A stretch of DNA of 64,000 nt from an uncultured Coriobacteriaceae bacterium (lineage in GTDB: Bacteria; Actinomycetota; Coriobacteriia; Coriobacteriales; UMGS124). Shown here piece after piece: positions 8,825-17,723 of this stretch (position 1 is the stretch's first letter; each line of letters opens with the position of its first letter). The notes under the pieces were generated by a model. It was not told the DNA's origin and did not search any database. It saw only the letters and a list, made by a program, of their open reading frames with translations. The translations under genes were made by a program, and so were the position numbers. The stretch is from NCBI GenBank assembly GCA_900539345.1, contig UQBS01000006.1:13904-77903 (forward strand), read 5' to 3'.

Positions 8825-9952
8825 ATGCGGATGGTAAAGAACGCAAGTCGCCGCACGTTCGTCGTGGCCCTGTGCTCGGCTGCCTTGGCATGCGGCTTGG
8901 CCGTTGCGCCTCTGGCTTTTGCCGACACAGCAGCTACGAGCGACAAGGCAAGCGCCGCTCAGACCGGTGAGACGCGCGAGTTTACCGATTCTCTGGGCCG
9001 CACCGTCGAGATCCCGGCTGAGATCACGGCCATCGCACCCTCGGGCTTCCTGCCTCAGCAGGTGCTCCTGACGGTCGCCCCTGAGAAGATGGTTGTCCTG
9101 GCCAGCTCCCTCACCGACTCGCAGGCTCACTTCTTCGGCGAGCAGTATGCGGGCCTCGAGGAGGTCGGCGCCATCTTCGGCGCCAAGGGCGACTTCAACC
9201 GCGAGGCCGTTGCTGCTTCCGGCGCTCAGATTGTCATCGACGTGGGCGACACCAAGAAGGGCATGGCCGAGGACCTCGACGCCCTTCAGGAGCAGCTCGG
9301 CATCCCCTGCGTCCACATCTCCAGCAACCTGGCCACCTACGGCGACTGCTATCGCGCCCTGGGCGAGCTGCTCGGTGTTGAGGAGCGCGCCAACGAGATC
9401 GCTGACTACTGCGACGCCGCCTACAAGGAGATTTCCGACGTCATGGAGACCATCCCGGTTGAGGATCGCGTCGACGTGCTGTACCTCAGCGGCGAGGACG
9501 GACTGTCCTGCGTGGCCAACAGCTCCTATCAGGCCAACGTCGTCGACATGGTCTCCGATAACATCGCCGTGGTTGACGACCCCTCCGGCAAGTCCAACCA
9601 GACGAACATGGAGCAGATCGTCAGCTGGGACCCCGAGTTCATCATCTTCGCCCCGAAGAGCGCCTATGACCTCGCCGGCACCGACGCCACCTGGCAGACG
9701 CTGACCGCCATCGAGGGCGGCAACTACTGCGAGGTTCCCAGCGAGCCTTACAACTGGCTCAACGGCCCGCCTTCTGTGAACCAGGTCCTGGGTATGCAGT
9801 GGCTGCCCCGCGTGCTGTATCCCGAGAAGTTTGACGACGACATGTATGAGACTGTCGCCGCGTACTACAAGACTCTGTACCAGTACGACCTGTCTGAGGA
9901 CGAGTTCAACGAGATCACCGCTCGTGCCGTCCCTGTGGTCGACCAGAAGTAG
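8825..9952 (+). CDS. ABC transporter substrate-binding protein (periplasmic binding protein type 2, iron-chelate/corrinoid class), probable lipoprotein
   Basis: Leader MRMVKNASRRTFVVALCSAALACG. The body reads like the Peripla_BP_2 family (EIPAEITAIAPSG, QIVSWDPEFIIFAP). Third gene of the transporter operon. Confidence 0.82.
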   Translation: MRMVKNASRRTFVVALCSAALACGLAVAPLAFADTAATSDKASAAQTGETREFTDSLGRTVEIPAEITAIAPSGFLPQQVLLTVAPEKMVVLASSLTDSQAHFFGEQYAGLEEVGAIFGAKGDFNREAVAASGAQIVIDVGDTKKGMAEDLDALQEQLGIPCVHISSNLATYGDCYRALGELLGVEERANEIADYCDAAYKEISDVMETIPVEDRVDVLYLSGEDGLSCVANSSYQANVVDMVSDNIAVVDDPSGKSNQTNMEQIVSWDPEFIIFAPKSAYDLAGTDATWQTLTAIEGGNYCEVPSEPYNWLNGPPSVNQVLGMQWLPRVLYPEKFDDDMYETVAAYYKTLYQYDLSEDEFNEITARAVPVVDQK

Positions 9953-9988
9953 TTTGTAAAGCAGGCTTCCTCTATAAGCTCTACCAAG

Positions 9989-10030
9989 AACCGTCGTCCG
10001 TGTCTCAAGGGGCATGGGCGGCGGTTTTTT
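9989..10030 (+). terminator. intrinsic terminator after the ABC importer operon
   Basis: AACCGTCGTC pairs with GGCGGCGGTT (two G-U pairs), followed by T6 at 10025-10030. Confidence 0.6.
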
Positions 10031-10191
10031 GCACTCTTAGAGAGAAATGCCAGTTCAGAGCCTACACAACAATGCATTAAAGCGTCGTAGAGCTTCATCT
10101 GGAGCCGCCAAGGGGCAAAAATCTGGAAACAGATGCGATGAATGTGCAGGCGCCGATGGGGTCGGTGCAAGACAGGCAAAGAGGAGCGACG

Positions 10192-11346
10192 ATGGACGAT
10201 AAGACGATGTGCACGGCGATTGACGACGAGGCTGCCGAGCTCGACGCAGCCGACGCGCGTGTCGAGCTCGCCCCTGCGGAAGACGCAACGGTCGCCCCCG
10301 AGGTCGCCGAGACTGCTGAGACCCCCGAGGAAGTGGCCGCCCGCGAAGCTGCCGAACTTGCCGAGAAGCGCGAGCGCGAGGCCCGCGAGGCCGCGGAGCG
10401 TGCGGCTGCCGACGAGGCTGCCCGCGAGGAGCGTGCCCAGGCTGCTGTCGAGAAGCTCTCGAAGGGCGCCGGCTGGGCCGCGCAAGCGGGCGTCTACTAC
10501 GACGCGTCCCATGGTGCGGTAAAGGCAACGAGCGTGTCCTCGGCAAAGCAGGCAGGCCGTCCCGCCGACGACGAAGACGCTGCTACCGACGAGCTGACCG
10601 AAGACGAGCTTGTCGCCGACCTCACCGACGTTGCGCGCGAGGCCGGCTCCCTCGACGACATCCAGGCCAGCGAGGCTGACGCCGGCTACATCGACCCTGT
10701 CGTCTTCGGCCGCATGGTCGCCAAGGTCACCGAGGCCGTGACGCGCAACCCTTTGCAGCGAGAGCTGTTCTACAAGGTCCTCTCCTTCTGCCAGGAGTCC
10801 AAGCCCCTGCGCGAGATCGAGCAGATGGTCATGGCGCTGCCGGGTTTCGAGCGCACCTCGGCCAACGCCTACCATTTCATCGCCGTCATGGAAAACGCTG
10901 GCGGTCTGGAGCGTTTCGAGCTTGACGACGAAGGCGATGTCGTGGATGACGCCCGCAAGGCCGGGCTTACCGAGGACGAGATCGACGACCTTGTGGCCGA
11001 GTACGCGTTCATGACCACGCCGGCCGGGCAGGCCGTGGTGGAACAGCACACGCCCCGCGCGCGCATCATCGAGCTTTTGGGCCTCGTGCCCGAGCGCCGC
11101 GACACCTACATCGAGCTCATGGAGTTCCTGGCCGAGGAGCCTCGTACCTACAACGAGGTCACGCAGCTGCTCGACGGCCGCGACGTGCTCTGGCACCTGG
11201 ACTCCAAGGGCAATCCTGAGCGTATGCAGCCCAGCGTCTTCTTGGACAAGCTGCATGACGCCGCCGCCATCGAGTGGCACCAAGGTTGGCAACTTAGCGA
11301 GGAGGGTCGCACCTACCTCGATGAGTTGAAGAGGGTCCAAAACTAG
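10192..11346 (+). CDS. hypothetical cytoplasmic protein: acidic Ala/Glu-rich N-terminal half plus two tandem winged-helix-like modules
   Basis: ATG at 10192 with SD GAGGAG 5 nt upstream. No signal peptide or TM segment. The stop lies 47 nt before the molybdoenzyme start. No family recognised by eye. Confidence 0.6.
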   Translation: MDDKTMCTAIDDEAAELDAADARVELAPAEDATVAPEVAETAETPEEVAAREAAELAEKREREAREAAERAAADEAAREERAQAAVEKLSKGAGWAAQAGVYYDASHGAVKATSVSSAKQAGRPADDEDAATDELTEDELVADLTDVAREAGSLDDIQASEADAGYIDPVVFGRMVAKVTEAVTRNPLQRELFYKVLSFCQESKPLREIEQMVMALPGFERTSANAYHFIAVMENAGGLERFELDDEGDVVDDARKAGLTEDEIDDLVAEYAFMTTPAGQAVVEQHTPRARIIELLGLVPERRDTYIELMEFLAEEPRTYNEVTQLLDGRDVLWHLDSKGNPERMQPSVFLDKLHDAAAIEWHQGWQLSEEGRTYLDELKRVQN

Positions 11347-11393
11347 GCGCTCTTCCGTATACGTACGTAAAAGCAAGGGAGAGGGAGGAAAGC

Positions 11394-14267
11394 ATGGCAG
11401 CAAACACCAACGTCACACGCCGCAGCTTTGTCAAGGCAGCAGCGCTTGCCGGCGCGGCGGTGGCCATCGGCACCCAGATGAGTGGTTCTCTCGTCGAGGC
11501 GCCTGCGGCATACGCTGACGAGGCTGACGACGTCAAGAAGGTCTACACCTCTTGTCACGGCTGCATCCAGATGTGCCCGGCCGTCGCCACCATCGAGAAC
11601 GGCGTGGTCACCAAGCTCGAGGGCGACGACCGCGCCCCCGTGTCTAAGGGCTCTCTGTGCATCAAGGGCCTCAACCAGCTGCACACCATGTACAGCCCGC
11701 GTCGTATCCTGCACCCGCTGAAGCGCGTTGGCGAGCGCGGCACGACCGACTTCGAGGTCATCTCCTGGGACGAGGCTATCGAGCTTGCGGCCACCCAGAT
11801 CAAGGATGCCATCGACCAGTACGGCAACTACGCCTTCTTCTCCTCCGTCGGCGGCGGCGGTTCCTACTCGTTCATGGAGGCCATGACGCTTCCCATGGCG
11901 TTCGGCTCCCCCACCGTCTTTGAGCCTGGCTGCGCCCAGTGCTACCTGCCCCGTTGGTCCCTGTCGAAGCTCTTCTACGGCGGCGACGACCAGTCCATCG
12001 CAGACAACGCCGTCCAGGAGATTTTCCGCGACGAGGAGAACAACAAGACTGAGCTCGTCGTGATCTGGGGCGCCCAGCCCTCCGTCTCCGAGACCGCTGA
12101 GTCCGGCCGCGGCATGGCTGAGCTGCGCGCTCGCGGTGTCAAGACGATCGTCGTTGACCCGAACTTCTCGCCCGACGCCGCCAAGGCCGACGTGTGGCTC
12201 CCTGTTCGTCCCGAGACCGACACGGGCGTGCTTCTGTCCTGGTACCGCTACATCTTCGAGAACAAGCTCTACGACGAAGAGTTCACCAAGTACTGGACGA
12301 ACCTGCCCTTCCTGATCGACCCCGACACCAAGCTTCCCGTCAAGGCCCAGGAGCTCTTCCCCGATTTCCAGCAAACTACGCCCGAGAACACCCCGGCGTA
12401 CGTGTGCTACGACCTCAAGACCGGCGCCGTTGCTCCCTTCGAGTACAGCGCTCCTGCTGACTCCGCCGTTGACCCCGAGATCTTCTGGGAGGGCGAGTAC
12501 GAGGGCAAGACCTACAAGACCGCCGGCCAGATCTACAAGGATCAGGCTGAGCCCTGGACCCTCGAGCACACTGAGGAAGTCACCTGGGTTCCCGCCGACC
12601 TCAACGAGAAGGCCATTAAGATGTACGCCGAGAACTGGGGCGGCATCGCCAACGGCGTCGCGGCTGACATGAGCGAGTCTGCCTCCCAGGTGCCTCTGGG
12701 CTGCATGGGCCTGGATGCCATCATGGGCCGCATCAACAAGCCCGGCGTCACCATGACGCAGAAGGGCGGCGGCTACTTCGCCACCATGACCGACACCGGT
12801 GAGACCGTCAACACTCGCCCGGTCACCTACAACAACGGCTTTAGCGGCATGTTCTCCGACATGTACGGCGTGGGTGCCGTCATCGGCATGTCCGACGCTG
12901 AGAACGAGGAGCGCATCAAGGCTCTGGGCGAGGCTATGCCTGACTCCCAGAAGACCCTCAACAAGCTGCTCCAGGACCGTCTGGGCATGAAGTACCACAA
13001 GGGTCTCTACGCTTGGTGCCACTCCCACATCCCTACGGTGCGCGAGGCCATCGCCACCGGCGAGCCCTTCAAGCCGCGCGTGTGGTTCGACATGTCGGGC
13101 AACAAGCTCGCGATGCTCGGTAACGCCAAGAGCTGGTACGACGTCTTCCCCGAGGTGGACTTCATCATCGGCCAGTACCCGATGCTGACCTCCTTCCACA
13201 TTGAGGCCGCCGACCTGGTCTTCCCGCTGCGCGAGTGGCTCGAGGAGCCCATGGTCAACATGACCCAGCTCGACACCCAGTGGCTGCAGAACGAGTGCAC
13301 CCACATCGGCGAGACCGTCTCCCACTCCATTCCTGCCGCACAGGTCATCAAGAAGTGCCAGGAGCTGTGGGGCGGCTCCATCCCCGGTGGCCTCGAGCTC
13401 GCTCCCGGCGTCTCTGCCTACCTGGGCAACGCCACCGAGCAGGAGGTCAAGGACTCCACCGCGCAGACTCTGGGCGCTGCTGACTGGGATACGCTCCAGT
13501 CCGACATCGACGCCTACGTGCCTTGCGTGACGCCCGACTACTTTAACTACCTGCAGCATGAGCAGCTCTGCGACGACGGCCTGCCTTCGGGCTTCGCCAC
13601 CGAGTCGCGCAAGGTCGAGGTCTACTGCCAGATGCTTCTGCGTATGGCCCGCAACGGCTACCCGTTCTGCTACCCCGAGCCGCAGGAGGCCTGCGACGAC
13701 TACAGCCCGATCTGCGCGTTCATCGAGCCTGCCGAGTCGCCCATCAACGACGAGGCCAACGGTGAGGGTGGCCAGTACCCGTTCATCCTGACCTCCGGCC
13801 GCGTGCCGTACTTCCACCATGGCACTATGCGTCACGCTGCGTTCTCCCGTGAGCTCTATCCTGCGCCTCACGTGCGCATCAACCCGCGCTCCGCTGCCGA
13901 CCTCGACATCGCCGACGGCGACTGGCTCAAGATCACGAGCCGTCGCGGTGAGATCGCCGGCATCGCCGAGCTCACCGAGGGCGTGGCCCCCGGCGTTGTC
14001 TGGATGGAGCGCTACTGGAACCCCGAGTGCTTCGACGAGTCCATCCCCGCAGAGCAGCGCTCCGCTGGCTGGCGCGAGATGAACGTCAACGTGCTGACCA
14101 AGAACGATGCCCCGTTCAACGAGGTGTACGGCTCTTACACCAACCGCGGCTTCACCGTGCGCGTGGAGAAGGGCGACAAGCCTGCCAACGTTTGGATTGA
14201 GCCCGAGGAGTTCCAGCCCTTCATGCCCACGCTCCAGAGCGAGCCCAAGACTGAGGATGTGTTCTAA
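11394..14267 (+). CDS. Tat-exported molybdopterin (bis-MGD) oxidoreductase catalytic subunit, DMSO-reductase superfamily
   Basis: 957 aa. Leader MAANTNVTRRSFVKAAALAGAAVAIG. N-terminal 4Fe-4S motif CHGCIQMCx27C. C-terminal molybdopterin dinucleotide-binding block ILTSGRVPYFHHG...INPRSAADLDIADGDWLKITSRRGEI. Confidence 0.9.
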   Translation: MAANTNVTRRSFVKAAALAGAAVAIGTQMSGSLVEAPAAYADEADDVKKVYTSCHGCIQMCPAVATIENGVVTKLEGDDRAPVSKGSLCIKGLNQLHTMYSPRRILHPLKRVGERGTTDFEVISWDEAIELAATQIKDAIDQYGNYAFFSSVGGGGSYSFMEAMTLPMAFGSPTVFEPGCAQCYLPRWSLSKLFYGGDDQSIADNAVQEIFRDEENNKTELVVIWGAQPSVSETAESGRGMAELRARGVKTIVVDPNFSPDAAKADVWLPVRPETDTGVLLSWYRYIFENKLYDEEFTKYWTNLPFLIDPDTKLPVKAQELFPDFQQTTPENTPAYVCYDLKTGAVAPFEYSAPADSAVDPEIFWEGEYEGKTYKTAGQIYKDQAEPWTLEHTEEVTWVPADLNEKAIKMYAENWGGIANGVAADMSESASQVPLGCMGLDAIMGRINKPGVTMTQKGGGYFATMTDTGETVNTRPVTYNNGFSGMFSDMYGVGAVIGMSDAENEERIKALGEAMPDSQKTLNKLLQDRLGMKYHKGLYAWCHSHIPTVREAIATGEPFKPRVWFDMSGNKLAMLGNAKSWYDVFPEVDFIIGQYPMLTSFHIEAADLVFPLREWLEEPMVNMTQLDTQWLQNECTHIGETVSHSIPAAQVIKKCQELWGGSIPGGLELAPGVSAYLGNATEQEVKDSTAQTLGAADWDTLQSDIDAYVPCVTPDYFNYLQHEQLCDDGLPSGFATESRKVEVYCQMLLRMARNGYPFCYPEPQEACDDYSPICAFIEPAESPINDEANGEGGQYPFILTSGRVPYFHHGTMRHAAFSRELYPAPHVRINPRSAADLDIADGDWLKITSRRGEIAGIAELTEGVAPGVVWMERYWNPECFDESIPAEQRSAGWREMNVNVLTKNDAPFNEVYGSYTNRGFTVRVEKGDKPANVWIEPEEFQPFMPTLQSEPKTEDVF

Positions 14268-14869
14268 TGAGAAACTGCCTTGTTATCGATCTGGACCGCT
14301 GCTCCGGCTGCGACTCCTGCATCGCCGCTTGCAAGCATGAGAACGGCATCGGCCTGGGCGTGTACCGCAACACCGTGGACCGTATGGGCCCCATCGGCGA
14401 GTGGCCGCGTCCGCAGCAGTACTGGCTGCCCCGCCAGTGCCAGCAGTGCGATAACGCCCCCTGCCTTGAGGTGTGCCCCACCGGCGCCACCTACCGCGAG
14501 GACGAGTACGGCCTGATTGTCATCAACCAGGAGCAGTGCATCGGCTGCCAGCAGTGCATGACTGCCTGCCCCTTTGACGCTCGCTGGTTCGACGCCGCCA
14601 ACTCCGTCGTCGAGAAGTGCGATGGCTGCATTGACAGGCTCAAGAAGGGCGAGAAGCCCGCATGCGTGCACAACTGCTGCTGCGGTGCCCGTCTCTTCGG
14701 TGACCTCGACGATCCCGAGTCCGATGCCTCGAAGGCACTGGCTGCGGCCGACCCCGCGTCGCTGCACCAGTTCAACGACGAGGTCGGCGCCTCGCCCCGT
14801 ACGGTTTACATCCTGTCGGAGAAGGTATGCCCCTGGCAGGACGAGAAGACCGCCTATCGCGCTCGCTAG
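14267..14869 (+). CDS. 4Fe-4S ferredoxin-type electron-transfer subunit (DmsB/NrfC-like)
   Basis: Four Cys clusters: CSGCDSCIAAC, CQQCDNAPCLEVCP, CIGCQQCMTACP, CDGCIDRLKKGEKPACVHNCC. TAATG overlap with the catalytic subunit stop. Confidence 0.9.
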   Translation: MRNCLVIDLDRCSGCDSCIAACKHENGIGLGVYRNTVDRMGPIGEWPRPQQYWLPRQCQQCDNAPCLEVCPTGATYREDEYGLIVINQEQCIGCQQCMTACPFDARWFDAANSVVEKCDGCIDRLKKGEKPACVHNCCCGARLFGDLDDPESDASKALAAADPASLHQFNDEVGASPRTVYILSEKVCPWQDEKTAYRAR

Positions 14870-15039
14870 TGTGATGCGTCGTTCCCTTTGAGCGGGATGC
14901 GTTGAATGATTGATGGGGGCGAGGTTGCCTGTGTGGCGCCTCGCCCCCATGACACAAAGGGACGGGTGCAATGTGTTGTTCCCGGACCTTGCAAGATGGA
15001 GCTGCCGCTTGTGCGGCGTTGTCACGGAGAGGAACCACA

Positions 15040-15846
15040 ATGAGCGAGAACACGATGGCCGAGACGCTAGATACCCAGGCCGAGGCCACCTCCGCCGACG
15101 CCGCCGCACAGGCTGAGCAGGCTGCGACTGCCGTTCCCGAGGAGGTCGCCGCTGCCCTTGAGGGCCGCGCCGCTTTCTATGAGACGCTCGCAGGCCTTTT
15201 TTGGATGCCGCTTACGGCCGAGCAGGTAGAGGCCATGGCCGGCCAGGATTTCTCCGCCTATGCCGAGCTCAACGAAGACTTCGCCGACGGCGTGAACGAC
15301 ATCACACGCTACCTGCGCAAGCGCAACACCGGTACGCGCGACGAGATGGCCGTGGACTTCACGGGCACCTTCACGGGCATCAAGACCTACGAGGGCAAGA
15401 CGGCCGTGCCGTACAAGTCGGTCTTTACGAGCGAAGATGGCCTTATGTACCAGGAGGGTTTCCGCGAGGTGTACCACGCCTTCAAGGCCGAGGCCATCAA
15501 GAAGCGCGCCGGGCTCGACTACCCTGACGACCACATCTCGTTTCTCTGCCAGTTCATGGCCATCATGAGCCGCCGTACGCTCGAGGCCCTGCAGGCCGGC
15601 GACTACGACAAGGCTGCCCACGACGTGAAGGCCTCTGCCGACTTCCTCGACAACAACATCCTCTCCTGGTACGACCAGCTCATGGAGCGTTCGCTGTTGC
15701 TCATCAAGACCCGCTTCTACAAGGGCGTCATGAAGCTTGCGCGTGGGTTCTTTACGCTCGACCGCGAGACGCTGGCCGACCTGGCCGATGAGGTTGCCGA
15801 GCTTGCCGAGGCGGCCCAGAAGACCGAGGGGACCCAGGCCGAGTAA
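15040..15846 (+). CDS. TorD/DmsD-family redox-enzyme maturation chaperone (probable)
   Basis: AAFYETLAGLFWMPLTAEQVEAM and DDHISFLCQFMAIM resemble the TorD family. Start set to the ATG at 15040 after SD GGAGAGG. Position downstream of the Mo enzyme fits. Confidence 0.72.
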   Translation: MSENTMAETLDTQAEATSADAAAQAEQAATAVPEEVAAALEGRAAFYETLAGLFWMPLTAEQVEAMAGQDFSAYAELNEDFADGVNDITRYLRKRNTGTRDEMAVDFTGTFTGIKTYEGKTAVPYKSVFTSEDGLMYQEGFREVYHAFKAEAIKKRAGLDYPDDHISFLCQFMAIMSRRTLEALQAGDYDKAAHDVKASADFLDNNILSWYDQLMERSLLLIKTRFYKGVMKLARGFFTLDRETLADLADEVAELAEAAQKTEGTQAE

Positions 15847-15959
15847 CCAGGCGCGCCTGCTTGCCCGAGGTGCCCGAACATAGACTTTAGCCGCCAGGTT
15901 CACCCTCTCCTCTTTTTGCGTACAATTATGTGCGTACATTCAAGGGGAGAGGGTTTCGC

Positions 15960-17540
15960 ATGGAGCAGACGGACGCTTCTGGGGTGAAGCGGAGCTTAAC
16001 CGAAGAGTTGGCGACGCGTTGGTCGTCGCTGCCGTTCATGGCGTTTGGCGTGTGGACCGCTTGGTCGTCGCTTACCTATTCTGGGTCGCTGTGGCTTTCT
16101 GACAACGAGGTCAACGGGTTCTACCTGTCGTTGCTGTTCGTCATCTCCACCATGACATTTGCCGTGGTGTTCCTTGGGGCGTCGTTCTTTGCCCGCCGCC
16201 ACGCTGACAAGGGCGATGTCTCGGATCGCGTCGTCATGGGATTCGGCCTCTTGGCGGCCTTGGGCGCTTTTCTTATCATTTTGGCCGGCCCGTACTGGTT
16301 GGGCGTTTCCCGTCGGGCAACCTCTGTGTTTGTGGTCGGAGCCATCATGACGGGAGCTGGCACGGCCGGCATCGGTCTGCGTTGTGCGACGCTCTATGGT
16401 GGCCTACCGCCGCGCAGGGCGCTCATCACAGCGGCATTGTCGCAGCTTGTGGCCTCATTCATCTATTTTGTCGTACTGGCGACCCCCGCATGGGCGCCCA
16501 TTGCCCATGGCCCCTCACTCACCCATATCCTGGCGTTCACGCTGCTGCCGGTGGTCGCCGCCTGGCTTTCATGCATCAAGCCGTCGCACGAGTCGCTCTT
16601 TGAGGAGAACGTCCGTCAGTATCCGGCAAACAGCGGCGCGCTTCCCGCAGCGTTCTGGCGTTTCTCGGCCTTCGCGTTTGCGCTTGCCCTCATCACCACG
16701 TTCATCCGCTCGTCCATGGTGACGGTGAGCGCGCTTGCCAACACGGTCGAGGGCAACAACGTGCTGCAGCTCCTACGCATCGCGATGGTGCTCGTCGTGA
16801 TCGCCTGGACGCTGCGTTCCGACGCGCAGGGGTTCGACTTGGGGCGCGTTTGCTCGCTCGCCACGGTGCTTGCCGCCGTGGTTACCGCCTGCTCGGCGGC
16901 TTTGGGGGGAACCACCAGCGCACTCAGCGTGCTCGTGTACTTTGCCAGCAGCATCTTCGAGTTCTTCATGTGGTGCCTGCTCGCCTTCATCGTGTATCAG
17001 AAGCACATCTCGCCGCTTGCCGTGTTCGGTTTCGGCCGAGGACTCTTTATGCTTGGCTGTGCCCTGGGCTGGGCGCTTGGCATTGTCGTGATGCCGAGCA
17101 TCGAGGCGGCATCTGCGCAGGTAGTCGTAAGCATCGTGCTTGCTGGCACCATCATCATCTTGTGGCTCGCCCTGTTCTCGGGCAAGGACTACGAGCGTCT
17201 CTTCTCCACGGTGGGCGAAGACGAGCTGTCGCTGGAGGACCTCTTTGAGATTGACCAGCGCCTTGATGAAGGCACCGAGGCGGGACAGCCCAAGTCGGAG
17301 CGCAAGGGCAAGTTCGGCCAGGCGGTCGAGGCCATCGCCGCTCGCAACGCCCTTTCCGCACGTGAGGCCGAGGTACTGCGCTGCCTCGCCATGGGATACG
17401 GCTCAGAGCGCATCGCCCAAACCATGGGCGTCAAGGTGAACACCGTGCGCACCCATACCCACAACGTCTACGTCAAGCTCGACGTCCACTCCCGCGAGGA
17501 GCTCATGCGCCTCGTCGACGACGAAGTTGCAGGGCAGTAG
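15960..17540 (+). CDS. LuxR-family transcriptional regulator with N-terminal polytopic membrane domain
   Basis: Many hydrophobic segments, then SAREAEVLRCLAMGYGSERIAQTMGVKVNTVRTHTHNVYVKLDVHSREELMRLV. ATG at 15960 after SD GGGGAGAGGG. Confidence 0.85.
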   Translation: MEQTDASGVKRSLTEELATRWSSLPFMAFGVWTAWSSLTYSGSLWLSDNEVNGFYLSLLFVISTMTFAVVFLGASFFARRHADKGDVSDRVVMGFGLLAALGAFLIILAGPYWLGVSRRATSVFVVGAIMTGAGTAGIGLRCATLYGGLPPRRALITAALSQLVASFIYFVVLATPAWAPIAHGPSLTHILAFTLLPVVAAWLSCIKPSHESLFEENVRQYPANSGALPAAFWRFSAFAFALALITTFIRSSMVTVSALANTVEGNNVLQLLRIAMVLVVIAWTLRSDAQGFDLGRVCSLATVLAAVVTACSAALGGTTSALSVLVYFASSIFEFFMWCLLAFIVYQKHISPLAVFGFGRGLFMLGCALGWALGIVVMPSIEAASAQVVVSIVLAGTIIILWLALFSGKDYERLFSTVGEDELSLEDLFEIDQRLDEGTEAGQPKSERKGKFGQAVEAIAARNALSAREAEVLRCLAMGYGSERIAQTMGVKVNTVRTHTHNVYVKLDVHSREELMRLVDDEVAGQ

Positions 17541-17588
17541 GGCTCGCCACCTTCGATTGATTGCCGCGTCCCTCTAAATATCCGATTC

Positions 17589-17666
17589 GCATTTGACGGC
17601 ATTTACTTTCGGGTTTGGCGCAGTTTTACTTTCGACTTTGGCGGCATTTGACTTTCGGGTTTGGCG
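17589..17666. repeat. about 3.5 tandem copies of a 22-23-bp unit (GCATTTxACTTTCGxxTTTGGCG)
   Basis: Full units at 17599-17620, 17621-17643 and 17644-17666, plus a partial GCATTTGACG at 17589-17598. Lies in an AT-richer intergenic stretch upstream of fic. Confidence 0.85.
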
Positions 17667-17723
17667 ATTGGGGCAATCTGGCTTGCGTTTGTGAACGCCG
17701 AAAACCTTTGCTTTCCTGCTCAG

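Noticed and set aside
11343-13871. 842-aa minus-strand ORF opposite the molybdoenzyme gene. Similar long antisense ORFs occur at 46-1197, 2935-4941, 4709-6679, 8786-10015, 9865-11403, 22137-23672, 33074-34012, 34350-35684, 36568-37479, 37487-38479, 60459-61742 and 61879-62748.
   Set aside because: These are classic shadow ORFs of GC-rich DNA. Their translations are low-complexity Gly/Ala/Val/Arg/His/Asp/Leu strings with no motifs. The opposite strand carries unmistakable family signatures, SD sequences and signal peptides.
11394-14267. Selenocysteine (in-frame TGA) recoding in the molybdoenzyme, as in formate dehydrogenases.
   Set aside because: The ORF is uninterrupted from the Tat leader to the stop codon. 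No in-frame TGA or SECIS-like hairpin is needed to explain it.
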